From positions 1,614,001 through 1,678,000 of the forward strand of contig CM075994.1 in the NCBI GenBank assembly GCA_038087875.1: a stretch of DNA of 64,000 nucleotides, in the 5' to 3' direction. Of this stretch, positions 1 through 14,139 are shown piece after piece. The notes beneath the pieces are model-generated. The model was not told where the DNA came from. It searched no databases and worked only from the letters and a program-made list of their open reading frames with translations. The translations under genes and the position numbers were made by a program. Every line of letters starts with the position of its first letter. The stretch's first letter is position 1. Source of the DNA: Malacoraja senta (taxonomy: Eukaryota).

Positions 1-199
1 CAGCTGTTCCACTGAGTACAACTGATGTTGACGGCACCGTGCTCATTTAAACTCGAAGCACTTAGATTCATCAAAAACAAGTTCCTTTTCATGAAACCCT
101 GCAGTCAGTAACCAGCCCATGCATATTTTGTGAACTTGGCATTGAATATTGGCCCTGGTTTGTGTGATCCCATCCCAGTGCAGCTCAAGGCATTCTCAC

Positions 200-600
200 T
201 GTGTCCCTATTATTGTGCCTAGTTCATTCTCCCTCCATCCGTCAGTCTCCACCTCTCCTCCACTCTCACCGACTGTCTTCCTCTGCCTCTCCCCCAACCA
301 TGCCACTTCACCCTCTGTATCTCACTCTGCCTCTCCCCCACTCCCTCTATCTCACCCTGCTCCCTCCGTCTCCCTCGTCCGTCTCTGACTCTCTCCCTCC
401 CTCCGTCTCACTCTGCCTCTCTCTCCTTCCGTCTCTCTCTCCCCCTCCATCTCTCTCTCCCTCACACCAACTCTCCCCTGCTCTCACCTCCAGTCTGCTT
501 TTTCCATCTCCCTCTCTCCACCTCCCTCCCGCTCCCTCCGTCTCTCGCTCCACTTCTTCCCCACTCGCTACATCTCTCTTGATCCTCCCACCATTCTGCA
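200..600. repeat. CT-rich low-complexity tract
   Basis: Pyrimidine-rich simple sequence. Confidence 0.85.
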
Positions 601-3600
601 CCTTGATCAGCACAGACATTGTGGGCTGAAGTTCCTGTGCTGCTCTGGTTTCTTAAGGCACAGTTGGGATGAGACCTTTGCAAGAAATGGAAACATTGCT
701 TCCATCCTCTGAGGGTGCGAATTCATGTTTGAGGTACTGTCTGGGAACTCCACCCGTTTGTTTGATTCGATTGAACTTGGCGAGAGTTCATTTCCGTAAC
801 TGAAGCTGTCGAAGGCTCCCTGGCGCTGCCTGGCTCGGTTCCACAGGTTAGGTTACAGCAATAAAGATAAATGCCACAGAACCAACCCAGACCACCGACC
901 CCATTTCTCTTTCGACAAATACTTCCTGACCTGCTGGGAGTTTTCAGCACTTTGTTTTTATTTCCAAGTTACAGCATCTGCTGTTTAAAAAAAAAAAAAA
1001 TTCATGATTACAGGCTAGTTAACATTAACATGAAGAGGAGTTTTATACAAATCACAGGAAATCCTTGCCAAACAAGCCCAGCAATTACGTATGTGGTGTC
1101 TGCCCCAGGCACGACGCCTCAACAAAGACAATAGTTAATTAGGTTAATGAGGGGCGGCACAGTGGTAGAGTTGCTGCCTTACAACGCCAGAAAACTGGGT
1201 TCAATCCTGACTACCGGTGCCGTCAGTACGGAGTTCATACATTCTCCCTGTGTTTAGTTTAGTTTAGAGATACAGCATGGAAACAGGCCCACCGAGTCCA
1301 CGCCGACCAGTGATCACCCTGAAGCTAGTTCTATTCTACACACTAGGGACAGTTTACAGAAGCCAATTAACCTACAAACCTGCATGACTTGAGTGTGGGA
1401 GGAAACCAGAGCACCTGGAGAAAACCCATGTGGTCACAGGGAGAACGTACAAACTCCATACACAGAACACACGTAAACAGGATCGAACCCGGTCTCTTGG
1501 CGCTCTAAGGCAGCAACTCTACCGCTGCACCACTGTGACGTGATAGGTGTATAGAAAGTGCAGCTGGAGGAGGTAGTCAAGACGGGTACTATCGCAACGT
1601 GTAAGAAACATTTAGAAAGGTACAGGTAAAGAATAGGTTTGGATATGGGCCAAATGCAGGCAGGTTAGACTAGTGTAGATGGAGCATGTTGGGCAGTGTG
1701 GGCACGTTGGGCCGAAGGGCCTGTTTCCATGCTGTGTGACTGTAACTCTATGGATATGGGCCAAACGAGGGCAAATGGGACTAAATTAGATGGGGTAATT
1801 TGGTCGGTATGGATGAGTTGGGCCTATGACTCTTAACTCTAAGTTTAAGAAGATTTTTAAATAGTTAATTGGGTGGTGAGTAGGAAAAGTTTATGAAATG
1901 AATTTTAGACCAAAGAATCCCAACATCATTAAATGAAAGCCACGTGTTGTTGTGATAACCCTTCATAAATGACTGATGTCATCACCACTGCTCCTCTTTG
2001 GAGCTGTGCTGGGATTTCTCAAGGAATTTCTGCCAACCCATGGTCAGTGATGAACATGCCCAGGATATTTTTTATTTTTAATCTATTTTAACGTTTAATT
2101 TAGAGTTTAGAGATTCAGAAATCGGAGGTGCAAAGGGACCTGGCAGTGCTAGTGCAGGATTCCCAATAAGTTAATTTGTAAGTTGAATCGGTAGTAAATA
2201 GAGTCATAGAGTGATACAGTGTGGAAACAGGCCCTTCGGCCCAACTTGTCCACATGGGCTAACATGTCCCAGCTACACTAATCCCACCTGCCTGTGCTTG
2301 GTCCACATTCCTCCAAACTTGTCCTACCCATGTTCCTGTCTAACTGTTCCTTAAACGTTGGGATAGTCCCAGCCTCAACTACCTCCTCTGGCAGCTTGTT
2401 CCATGCACCTACCACCCTTTGTGTGAAAAAGTTATACCTCAGATTCCTATTAAATCTTTTCCCCTTGTGCATCTACCTGATTCCTCTCAAGAAATTAAAT
2501 GCAATGCTAAATGCATTAAATGCAATCCCCTCTCATCCTTCTAAATTCTAAATATAAGCCCAGTCGACCCATTCTTTCATCATCTGTCAGTCCTGCCATT
2601 GCAGAAATTAACCTGGTGAACCTACGCTGCACTCCCTTGTACAGAGCCCAGGTGTGGTCTCACCAGGGCTCTGTACAACTGCAGTAGGACTTCATTGTCC
2701 CTATATTCAAATCCTCTCACTATGAAGGCCAACATGCCATTTGCATTCTTCACTGCCTGCTGTACCTGCAGGCTTACTTTCAGTGACTGATGTACAAGGA
2801 CACCCAGGTCTCGTTGCACCTCCCCTTTTCCTAACCCGACATAATTCAGATGATAATCTGCAGGTATTGACAGCAGCCGTAGTCAGGATCGAGCCCAGGT
2901 CTGGCACCCGGGCCAGTTGCGATTGTAAGGCAGCAACTCTACCGCTGCACCACCGTGCCGCCCTCTACTTTTACTATTGTGCAAGCCTAATTTGTTATTA
3001 AAATATCCTGGAGCCCCTGTTCCGGGCAACAGCCCAGAACTCAAACTTGAACTACGATCAGAGACTGTGGGTAAATGTGTCAGTGTAGTGGAATAATGCT
3101 TCAGCCAGCAATCTCGTCCAGCTGATGAATCATCTCAAGCAACACGTGGCAGAAATGGAATTGAAGGAGCCCAAGACTGCAAGAAATTGCAGGGAATTTT
3201 GGATGTAGCCCAGACCATCACACAGACCAGACTCCCCACCACCAGTGACTCCATCTACACTTCATGCTGCCTTGGGAAAGTAACCAACATAATCAAGGGC
3301 AAAACTCAAAATACTAGAGGAACTCAGCGAGTCAGGCAGCATCTGTGGAGGACATGGACAGGCAACGTTTCGGGTTTCAAGGTCAGTTTATTGTCACATG
3401 TACCAATTAAGGTACAGTGAAATTTGAGTTACCATACAGCCACACTAAGTGAAAAGCAACAAGGCACACAACCACATAAAATGTAATATAAACATCCACC
3501 ACAGCGGTTGGGACCCTATGCCAACAATAATCAAGGATCTTTCCCACCCCGGGCATTCCTTCTCCCCGCTCTCATCCGGCAGAAGGTGCAGAAGCTGTAA

Positions 3601-3675
3601 AGTGAGCTCCACCAGACTCAGGAACAGCAGACCTTCCTTAGACAAGGGCGTAGCTGGACGCATCTTCCTGAGGCG

Positions 3676-3800
3676 GGGGGGGGGGGGGGGGGGGGGGGAA
3701 GGAAAGAAGGAAAGAAAGAAGGAAGGAAAGAAGGAAGGAAAGAAGGAAGAAAGGAAGGGAGGGAGGGAGAGAACAGGAGAGGAAGAGAGGAGGGAGGGAT
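3676..3800. repeat. Poly-G plus (GAAG/GGAA)n simple repeat
   Basis: Directly visible in the sequence. Confidence 0.85.
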
Positions 3801-4247
3801 CAGTGGTCAGAGGCAGCAGGCCTGGGGCACATTTGCTTTCCAGATGAAATCGATAAGGTGGGTAGACGGAGATGGGAATAAACGCACTTAGCAGGCAGAC
3901 AAGGCAGAAACAAATAGTACATAGAGTGGGGGGGAGGGGGTGACAGTGTGTCGGAAACAGTGTGGGGAGGGTGGAGTATTTGTCAGTGGGCGCGGCAGTG
4001 GTGAGGAAGTAGTCAAAGCCAGCAGATACTCTACTGAAAGGCTTCTCAGAGTAAGAAGCTGCCTTTGCTGTATTCTTGTTCATGCCTGCCTCCCTGCTCA
4101 GGAAACTTGGCATCTGAGTGAATAATTATAGCAAATGACCGCTCCCTGGTACAAGCCTCTCATTGTATAATCAGCTGTGAGGGCCGTGGAAACTCCGCAT
4201 GGAAGATGTATTATTTTCCACAATGAACTAGGGATAACAAAGAACTA

Positions 4248-4540
4248 AGGTGGTAAAATTGCTGCCTTACAGTGCCAGAGACCCACATTCGATCCTAACT
4301 ATGGATGCTGTTTGTATGGAGTTTGCACGTCTCCCTGTGCCACGTGGGTTTTCTCCGGTGCTCCGGTTTCCTCCCACACTCCAAAGACGTACACGTTTGT
4401 AGGTTAATTGGCTTTGGTAAATATTGTAAATTGTCCCTAGTGTGTAGGATAATACTAGTGCACAGCGATCGCTGGTCGGCGTGGACTCGGTGGGCTGAAG
4501 CACCTGTTTCTGTGCTGTATCTCTAAACTAAATTAAACTA
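4248..4540 (+). mobile_element. tRNA-derived V-SINE (HE1-like), representative copy
   Basis: B-box-like TTCGATCC, V-domain GGAGTTTGCACG..CTCCC...GTGGGTTTTCTCCG.TGCTCCGGTTTCCTCCCAC and a (TAAAC)n tail. Further copies or fragments near 1.2-1.5, 4.7, 7.3, 22.5, 26.2, 36.0, 40.1, 43.8, 54.0, 57.1 and 58.5-58.9 kb. Confidence 0.85.
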
Positions 4541-5550
4541 GTGTATGGGTGATTGCTGATCGGCGAGGACTAGGGGGGGGCGAAGGGCCTGTTTCCATGC
4601 TGCATCTCTAAATTCTAAACTAAATTCTAAACCCGAACCAGTTTAGTTTAGAGATAGTTTGGAAACAGGCCCTTGGTCCCACCGAGTCTACACCGACCAT
4701 CAATCACTTGTTCACACTAGTTCTATGTTATCCCACTTTCCCATCCACTCCCTACACACTAGGGACAATTTACAGAGGCCAATTAGCCTCTTTTGGGATG
4801 TGGGAGGAAACTGGAGCACCCGGAGGAAACCTAAGCGGTCACGGGGAGAACATGTAAATTCCACTGGCAGACATCACCCGAGGGCGAGGATCACATTGTG
4901 TCTGGTGCTGTGAGACAGCAGCTCTACCAGCTGCGCCACTGTGCCATCATTGTTAACATAGAACAGGAACAGGCCCTTTGTCCCGTTATGTCCAAGCCAA
5001 GATATGCTAATTTCAGCAGCATGTACACAATCCATATCCTTCCACTCCCTACATACCTGTGTGCCTATCCAAAAGACTCTTAATTGCCACTATCGTATCT
5101 GCCTCCACCACCACCCCTGGGCGCGCATTCCAGGCACTCACCACCCTCTGTATGACAAACACCTAATCTAAACTAAACTAAATATGGTCTCAGTGGGCTA
5201 TTTCTATACAGTGGGTACTTAATCTGGAATTGTGCTTATATATAGAGATAAGTTACTGATCTGCACCTCGGTTTACTGACCTCGGTACATGTGATAATAA
5301 AGAGCCATTGAACCATTGAGGCAAGGTGATTCCACTAGTGACACTGTCTTGTCTGAACTGTCACACACACTCATGAATGCAGTGGGAGTTCAGGCCACAG
5401 ATTCCCACGTAGTTTACACCGAGTGATAAGCCTGTCATGTCCTGGCATCTTTCCAACTCATTCCTTCCATGAACACTGGCTTCATTCTGCTGTTGAATTA
5501 TAGCCCAAAGACATGTACATCTGACTGCCTGAACATAACTCCCAATCATA

Positions 5551-5765
5551 GACACAAAATGCTGGAGTAACAGCAGGTTGGGCAGCATCTCTGGAGAAAA
5601 GGAATAGGTGATTTTTCGGGCCGTGACCCTTCACTCAGTCTGAAGAAGGTGTTCCAACCCGAAACGTCACCCGTTCCATTTCTCCAGAGATGCTGCCCGA
5701 CTTGCTGAGTTATTCCAGCATTTTATGCCTTTCTTCAGTGTAGACCAGCATCTGCAGTTCCTTCC
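5551..5765. repeat. Representative Penelope-derived fold-back (inverted) repeat; many copies in the window
   Basis: gacacaaa.tgctggagtaac...cagcatctctggaga is mirrored by tctccagagatgctg...gttattccagca. Further copies near 13.1, 15.3, 19.6, 19.9, 20.4, 25.6, 37.3, 52.3, 56.6 and 57.8 kb. Confidence 0.7.
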
Positions 5766-7650
5766 TAAACATAACTTTAATTTATATCGGCAGCCAGCTC
5801 TCCTCCCTCTGCCCCCCCCTTCATACTCACCCACATTTCCATTTCCCCTCCATCCACCTGCATTCCTTCCTCTGGCTTCACGATTCATGCCTCTTCTCCC
5901 CTTATCGCCATATCTTCAGGGTGCAGCGGGTAAAGCAGCTGCCTCACAGCGCTAGAGACCCAGGTTAGATCCTGACCACAGACGGGTGCTGTCTGTGTGC
6001 AGTTTGTACCTTCTTCCTGTGACTGCCTGGGTTTTCTTCAGGTGCTCCCGTTTGCTCCTACATTGCAGGTTTGTAGATTAATTGGCCTAAATCTCCACGC
6101 TATATCTTTCAAACTTCTCACACTTTGTCTTTTCATTTCTGGCCTTCCAACAAAGGCAATAGGTGACTTTTCAGGTCAAGAGCCTTCTCTCAGTTTGAAG
6201 AAGGATCTCGACCTGAGATGTAACCTCTTCCTTTTCTCCAGTGATGCTGCGTGACCCGATGAGTTACTCCAGCAATTAGTGATGAGCAGAGTTAGATTTA
6301 GTTCTTGGGGCTAATGGAATCAAGGGATATGGGGAAAAAGTAGGAAAGGGGTACTGATTTTGGATGCTCAGCCATGATCATCTTGTATGCCATTTGTATC
6401 TCGAAAGGCCGAATGGCTTACTCCTGCACCAATTTTTTATGTTTCTATGTAATTTGTGCCTATTCACCTATCATTTACCAGGCTTTGTCTTGCCCTCACC
6501 TCTTGTTCAGCATCCCCCTCCCCCCACCCCACACCTATAATTAGTCTGAAGAGCAGTCCCGACCTGAAACTTCACCTATTTCTTTTCTCCAGAGATGCTG
6601 CCTGACCCACTGAGTTACTCCAGCACTTTGTGTCTATTTTTTTGTAAACCAGCAGTTGCAGTTCCTTGTGTCTATATTTAACAGCTTTACAAACTCACTT
6701 TCTCCAGGATGTCAAGTGTATACCAAAGGCAAAGCACCTGGCGTAGGTGATCTTTGTAGTGTATTTACTCATCATATTGATCTTTAACTCAGGTAATGGA
6801 TTTGACCTTGATCCCTGAACTTACATTCACTACCATTGACTAAAGAAAAGTATTTGTGTTGCCTCCAACCCAATGGTCTGAGCATTGAATTCTCCAGTTT
6901 CAAGTAATACCCTCTTGCCCTTTTCTCTCCCTCACCACCCACTCTGGTGCGCATAAATTTCCCCATCACCCCAAGCCAGCTGTGTCTTCCCCCTTTTCCC
7001 GACATTCACCAGACACCACACACTTCCCCAAGTCCCCAACTTCCATTTTATCCCCGCTCTTTCACCTACCCCCGTCCCCTGCCTCCAGCTTTACATTTCT
7101 CTTCCTCCATCTGATACCCTTCTGTCCCCTTTTCACCTCTGGCCCTTGTCACTTAATCTACCCATCTGTCAATCAAACCTCCCCCCTCCTCACCTGTATC
7201 CACCTATCACTTGCCTGGCTTTGTACCTACCCCCTTCCAACGTTCCCCTCCTTACTACAATCAATCAGAAGAAAGTTGGCACAATAGCACAGCGGTAGAG
7301 TTACTGCCTTACAGTGCCAGAGATCTGGGTTTGATACTAACCTCGGGTGCTGTCTGTACAGAGTTTGTACGTTCTCCCTGTGATAGTGTGGGTTTTCTCC
7401 GTGTGCTCCAGTTTTCTCCCATACTCCAAAGGTGCACAGGTTTGTAGGTTAATTGGCTTCCTCAGACTTTTAGACTTTAAAGATACAGCGTGGAAACAGG
7501 CCCTTCGGGTGATCGCTGGTCGGCAGGGTGGGATGAGGGGCCTGTTTCCATGCTGTTTCTCTAAAGTCTAAAAGTCTAAAGAAGCCAATTAACTTACAAA
7601 CCTGTGTGTCTTTGAAATGTGGGAGGAGACTAGAGCCCAACTGAACTAAA

Positions 7651-9414
7651 ACCCCTGTCTCACGGCGCGAGCTGACCCACGAGGTACCCCGAGCTTAAAA
7701 CAAATTTAACTCGTGGTAATCACGTACGATTAACGTAGCGGGAACGTCGGAACTCGTGGACGCAACTTAGCGACTCGTGGCGCTAACGGTAGGTACCCGT
7801 GAAACTTGTTAACTCTTGGAAAAATTCAAACATGTTTAAAGTTTTCCACGAGTAAAATGTACTCTTGAGGTTAAAATTTGAAACATTTAAACACGTTGTA
7901 AGAACGTAGTGACCCGTGCGTTTACCTTAGTGACTCGCGAGTCTACCGTGGGAACTCTTTAACTCAGCGGGCAGGCAGCATCTCTGGAGAGAAGGAATGG
8001 GTGATGGGATGACATTTCCAAATTGGGGGAGGGGGGTGGAGGGAGGGGGGGGTGGAGGAGAGAGGGTGGAGGGAGAGACAGATGGGGGTGTCTTCATTCA
8101 CTAGCGGTGGGTGCCTGTCACTGAAACAGGTAGGTGAGATTTCACATCCACCTTGTGTGTGTGTGTGTCTCTCTCTCCCCCTCCCTCTCACACAGGCTGA
8201 GAGACTCTGCCTCTGTGAGTGTACGTCCCTTTCTCCCCCTCTCCCACACACAGTAAGACCGAGGTGTTTTTCTCTCCCTGTCACGCCGAAGTACACCACA
8301 CTGCCTCTGTGTCTCTCTCCCCCTCTCTCCTTCATACACAGTCAGAGGTCCACACTGTCTCTGTGTCTCTCTCTCTCGCCTACACACACACACACAGACT
8401 GAGGTACACACTGCCCATTGTGTGTGTGTGTCTGCCTCTGTCTCTCTCCCACACACACAGTTAAAGGTACTCCACGCTGCCTGTGTGTGTGTGTCTCTCT
8501 CTCTGTCCCACCCCCCACACCCACACACAGTCAGTCAGTCAGAGGAACTCCACACTGTGTGTGTGTGTGTGTGCGCCTCTGTCTCTCCCTATCACAGTCA
8601 GAGTGAGGTACTCCCCCCGCAGTCTCTCCGCGGCCTCTCCCCGGGCAGGGTGTATCTGCCTCAGGCTGCCCAGGCAGTCTGACACAACTCCGGTGGCGGG
8701 CTCCATACACAGCAACTTCCCCCTGTCCTCCTGGGAGCGGCGACGGAGGACAGGGGGAAGTTGGCCACCAGCGGGGCAGTCTAGGCTCTCCATGCAGTCC
8801 GAGTCTCGCTGGATCCTCGTAATCCTCTGCCTCTGTCAAATGGGTGAGTTTAACCTGACCCCCCCCAACCTCCCTCCACCTCAACTCATGCCTGAGCACT
8901 AAAGCAGCTCAGGAGGCGAACCCTGAGCTCCGTCTCCAAACAATCTGATGTGCGCATCCGTGCACATTCAAAGATTTCATCTCCAGTCTCCCCGCAGTGT
9001 GTAGACCTGGCAGTAAATTCAATTAAAATATAGCAAACCTCCGCCTGCTGGTCTTCTAACTACGTGATGTGTGTTTCAAACAAATCATCAGTATAACTGC
9101 TCTGGCACTGGACGGTGCACATTTTCCCTTTGTAGGTCACATCAATAGATGCGGCCTTCAAAGCCGCAGGATGGAGATGTTGCTTATTAAAACAGACCTT
9201 CATTGAAGGTTGGCTCAAGAGTAACTCGGGAAAGGAACTTGTTAACTCGGGAGATGAACTTGGAACATCGCAGAAATGACAGTTAACGGCAAACTTGAGT
9301 CATACCCGTGGGAACTCGGCTAAACTCTTGATCATACACTTGGAATCTCGTGCACAACCACGAGTCTTTCGCTCGGGGTACCTCGTGGGTCAACTCGCAC
9401 CGTGAGACAGGGCT
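7651..9414. mobile_element. Non-autonomous TIR DNA transposon, PIF/Harbinger-like
   Basis: ~43-bp near-perfect TIRs (CCCTGTCTCACGG.GCGAG.TGACCCACGAGGTACCCCGAGC) and repeated AACTCG/GAACTC subterminal motifs. The TSD is not clean, so the superfamily call is tentative. Confidence 0.7.
8150..8610. repeat. Compound (GT)n/(CT)n/(CA)n minisatellite-like array
   Basis: Recurrent ~55-60 bp unit cacactg...(gt)n(ct)n...(ca)n cagt.agaggt. Confidence 0.8.
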
Positions 9415-10271
9415 TTCAGGACCCCAACCCAAAATGTCACCTGTCTACTTCCCTCCTCAGATGCTGTCTGACCTGCTGCCTTCCTCCAGCACTTTGTTTC
9501 TTGCACATGGTCTAAATCTTTGGATCTCAAGCAGTTTATAAGCATCTGAGAATTGAACTTCTCCTACATAACATTGTTTACGGGTCATATCACAGACACC
9601 AGTCCCTACCGTAGCATTCACTGACCTATTTCGCTTAAGCTGATTAACAGTAGACTTAACTATCAGCAGGGCCCAGGAACTTAAAGTCAGCACTACAGCT
9701 GAAGTGGGTTATAAACAGCAGAAGTAGAATCTTAAAACTTATATATTCACTCTTACTGCAACAGTTATAATGTTTATTTCACAAGTTCAAGGAGCAGAAT
9801 TAGGCCATTTAATCATGGCTGATCTTACTTTCCCTCTCAACCCTATTCTCCTGCCTTCTCCCTGTAACCCCTGACACCTTACTAATCAAGAATCAGCATT
9901 AAAAATATCCATTGGCATCTGTGGCAATGAATTCCACAGATTCACCACCCTCTGACTAAAGACATTCCTCCTCATCTCCTTTCTAAAGGTACATCCTTTT
10001 ATTCTGAGGCTGTGCCCTCTGGTTCTAGACTCTCCCACTGGCAGAGACATTTTCTCCACATCCTCTCTCTCCAGGCTAATCTAATGGTCTTGTAGCTTTC
10101 TCCTGTACGCCGAGTCATCACCGCCCACAGTTCGGCCGACAGCACTGATGACACAGTGTCAGCCTCTCTCATCTCCACTGAATCTTCTCTCAAACTTCCC
10201 AGTTATAAAACAAACAATCCCCTAAGCAGACTCTCCAGCCCGGGCAAAACCCTCACCAATCTCCTCTACAC

Positions 10272-10637
10272 TACAGATTGTTAAGGGCTTGGACACACTA
10301 GAGGCAGGAAACACGTTCCCGATGTTGGGGGAGTCCAGAACCAGGGGCCACAGTTTAAGAATAAGGAGTAAGCCATTTAGAACGGAGACGAGGAAACACT
10401 TTTTCTCACAGAGAGTGGTGAGTCTGTGGAATTCTCTGCCTCAGAGAGCGGTGGAGGCAGGTTCACTGGATGCTTTCAAGAGACAGCTAGATAGGGCTTT
10501 AAAAATAGCGGAGTCAGGGGATATGGGGAGAAGGCAGGAATGGGGTACTGATTGGGGATGATCAGCCATGATCACATTGAATGGCGGTGCTGGCTCGAAG
10601 GGCCAAATGACCTACTCCTGCACCTATTGTCTATTGT
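10272..10637 (+). mobile_element. CR1 3' fragment
   Basis: Near-identical to the 3' end of CR1 'D' (ESRTRGHSLRIR and 3'UTR). Confidence 0.85.
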
Positions 10638-11714
10638 CACCCTCTCTTGTACCATCACATCTTGTAGTATGCTGACAGATCTGTACACAAGTGCCAAGAT
10701 GTGTAAAAGCTTTAGATAATTTAAGAATAAGGAGTAAGCCATTTAGAACAGAGACAAGGAAACACTTTTTTCTCACACCAGTCTCACCCCAGACACTCTC
10801 TCTTCTCCTCTCTCCCATCAGCCAAGAGGTACAAAAGTTCAAAAACGCATACCTCCAGATTCAGGGACAGTTTCTTCCCAGTTGTTGCCAGGCAACTGAA
10901 CTGTCCTCTCACCAACTAGAGAGCGGTCCTGACCTCCCATCTACCTCATTAGAGACCCTCAGACTATATTTAATTGGACTTTACTAGACTTTAACTCACA
11001 CTAAACATAATTTCCTTTATCCTGTATCTGTACACCGTGACAGCTTGATGTATTGTCTCTCGCTGACTGGAGAGCACGCAACAAAAAAACTTTCCACTGT
11101 ACCTCAGTTCACGTGACAATAATAAAATAAACTAAGAGTTAATTGTCCAATGTATCGGGACAGCAGCAATGAAGTTCTAACTTGAGTAGGTTTAGGTTTA
11201 TTATTGTCATGTGTACCGATGTACAGTGAAACGTTTTGATTTGCATGCTATCCAAACAGATCAGATAATAGACAGTCAGAATCGTATTACCCAGGATGGA
11301 AATATCAAATACTCAAGGGCATCACTCAAAGGGGTAAAGTTTAAAGGAGATTTTGGGGACAAGTTATTTTACACAGAGGACGGTGAGTGCCAGGAACCTG
11401 CTGCCAGGGATGGTGGTGGAGGCGGGTATGATAGGCACGTGTTTATGCAGGGAATGGAGGGATGTGGATTATGTACAGGGCAATAAGACTGGTCTTAGCA
11501 TCATGTTCAGCATAGACATTGTGGGCTGAAGGGCCTGTTCTTATGCTGTACTGTTCTATGTAATATTTCCAATACTCTTCATAAATACAATCATGTTTAA
11601 CTCAAATACAATAGAGCAAAGGGGAAGATACAGTGTGCAGAATATAGTTCCCAGCATTGTAGTGCATCAGTTCCAGAGACAAAGTCCAGTGTCCACAATG
11701 AGGTAGAGGTCACT

Positions 11715-12935
11715 TCAAGTCAAGTCACTTTTATTTCTATATCACATTTAAAAAACAACTCTCGTTGACCAAAGTGCTTTACATTGGTGGAGGTACTAAC
11801 GTTATACAACAGTGGTTCATAGATTAAGTACATACATAAATACATACATATAGCCCTCTCTCAGAGGACGTCAAGAAAGGCTTGAGAGTAAAGATGAGTT
11901 TTAAGTCTCGACTGAAAAGAGTCGATGGAGGGGGCAGTTCTGATGGGAAGAGGGATGCTGTTCCACAGTCTAGGAGCGGCAACCGCAAAGGCGCGGTCGC
12001 CCCTGAGCTTATGCCTAGACCGCGGGATGTTCAGTAACCCCAAGTCAGCCGATCTGAGGGACCTGGAGGTGGTGTGGTGGGTAAGCAGACTTTTGATGTA
12101 GGTGGGGGCAAGCCCGTTAAGGGCTTTGTAAACATAAAGGAGGATCTTGAAATTTATTCGGAACCGCACATGGAGCCAGCGGAGAGAGGCCAGAATCGGG
12201 GTGATGTGGTCCCTTTTTCGTGTGCCCGTCAGGAGTCTCGCTGCGGCGTTTTGGACCAGTTGCAGGCGGGACAGGGAAGATTGGCCGATGCCAGTGTAAA
12301 GGGAGTTGCAGTAATCGAGGCGGGAGGAGATAAATGTGTGGATGATCTTTTCGAGGTCGTCAAACTGGAGAAATTGTTTTATTTTAGCTATCATCCGAAG
12401 CTGGAAGAAGCTAGCTTTTACCACGGCATTGACTTGTTTGTCAAATTTCAATGCGGAGTCAAATATCACGCCAAGGTTTTTGACGTGAGGTTTGACTAAT
12501 GGGGTACGGCTTCCAAGGCTGCCTGCTATCGTTTTGATTGAGTCCGAGGGGCCGAGAAGGATGACCTCAGACTTACTCTCGTTTAGTTGGAGGAAGTTCT
12601 GGGCCATCCAACACTTTATATCCTCGAGGCAGTGGATACGGTTAAGTAGATTTGATCGGTTGTTGGGCGTCAGGGGGAGATAGAGTTGTGTATCGTCTGC
12701 GTAGCAATGGAAGGAAATGCCGTGCCTTTGAATGACTTGGCCTAAGGGGAGCATATACAGGGAGAAGAGAATGGGGCCAAGGATGGAACCTTGTGGAACC
12801 CCACAGCAGAGATTAGCTGGGGAGGAGAAAGAATTGCCTATGTTAGTAGAGAAAACTCCTACCTTTGAGGTAGGAGATGAACCAGCTCAGGGCAGTGCCA
12901 GCAATACCAACCCTGTACCGGAGACGGTCAATTAC
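11715..12935 (-). mobile_element. L2-clade LINE, 5'-truncated
   Basis: ORF 11861-12754 with HCYADDTQLY, SRLDYCNSL and LQLVQNAAARLL motifs, plus a short tandem-repeat tail near 11715. Confidence 0.9.
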
Positions 12936-14139
12936 AATGGTGAATCGAACAGTACCCTGGGCTATGGAAGGACTGTTAAGAAGCCTGGTTACAGAGGGGA
13001 AAGAGCTTTTTCCGAGTCTGGTGCACATTTTACCGGCATACTGAATTAATCCAGTACTTTGTGTCTTTGTTTTTTGTATAAACCAGCATCTGCAGTTCCT
13101 TGTGTCTCTAGGAATAATGCAGAAACAAAGAACTGCAGATGCTGGAGTACACAAAAGTGCTGGATTAACTCAGCAGTAACTGAAGAAGGGTCCTGACTCG
13201 AAACGTCACCTTTCCATGTTCTCCAGAGATGCTGCTTGACCCGCTGGGTTTCTCCAGCTCTTTGTGTCTTTCTGTCTCCAGAAATAATCTTGGTTTATTT
13301 GATAAGGTTTCCTCTTGCAGTTGTCTTTGGTGTTGGCAAATTCAAGAGCGGTCTATCTCTCGCTGAGATCGATAAAAGACAGGCACAACTTTCTCACAGT
13401 GCTGACATATCAGAGGAGCAACTCTCTGATGCTGAGAGGATTTCTCACGGACCACAAATCTGACCGAAGCTGTTTATCTTTATGGAGTTGGGAAGTGATA
13501 CAGCACCCTGTTAAACTAAATTGACACTAGCTGCACTTCAGCTGCCTGGTACACAGCTATTTAGAGGATGCTCACATTCGCTGGTCATTTGCCGCTATGT
13601 TTTGTCTGTCTCTCTGCACGAGAGCACAGTAAAAGCCAGAAAAGCGGAACTGAACTTTTACTCTTTCAGCTAGTTTTTGTTTGTGTAAACCAGTATCTGC
13701 AGTTCCTTGTTTGCCGTTATTCTGCCTTGCGGTAAATGCTACGATATGTTGTGTTTTAATTTGCTACATTCTGCATTACATTTAAAGTGAAAAGCGTAGG
13801 AAGGAACTGCAGAAGCTGATTTACACCGAAGGCAGAAATAACTTCTGGACGCTGACAGATCCGTACACAAGTGGCAAGATGTGTAAAAGCTTTAGATAAT
13901 TCTGGCACCACTTAGACAGGAGTTGTGGACGTTGCCCAGACAATCCCACAAACCAAGCTCCCTTCCATTTACACCTCACACTGCCTCGGCTTTACGCTTT
14001 GGTTTTACGCTGGAGTAACTCAGTCAGAGGGCCAGGCAACACATCTGGAGATAGAAACGTGGCCTATTCCTTTTCTCCAGAGATGCTACTTGTCCCGCTG
14101 AGTCACTCCAGTATTTTGTGTATATCTTTAAAATAAAAC

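Noticed and set aside
149..683. Pro/Ser/Leu-rich and Gly/Arg/Glu-rich ORFs
   Set aside because: They are translations of a CT-rich low-complexity tract.
1150..1250. tRNA gene-like A/B boxes
   Set aside because: This is the head of a V-SINE and continues into the V-domain; there is no complete cloverleaf.
3445..4113. 222-aa minus-strand ORF
   Set aside because: It runs through poly-G/GAAG simple repeats and LINE remnants, with no recognisable domain.
13321..13463. Possible plus-strand exon after ttgcAG (VFGVGKFKSG...)
   Set aside because: No homology recognised and it is antisense within the NT5E intron.
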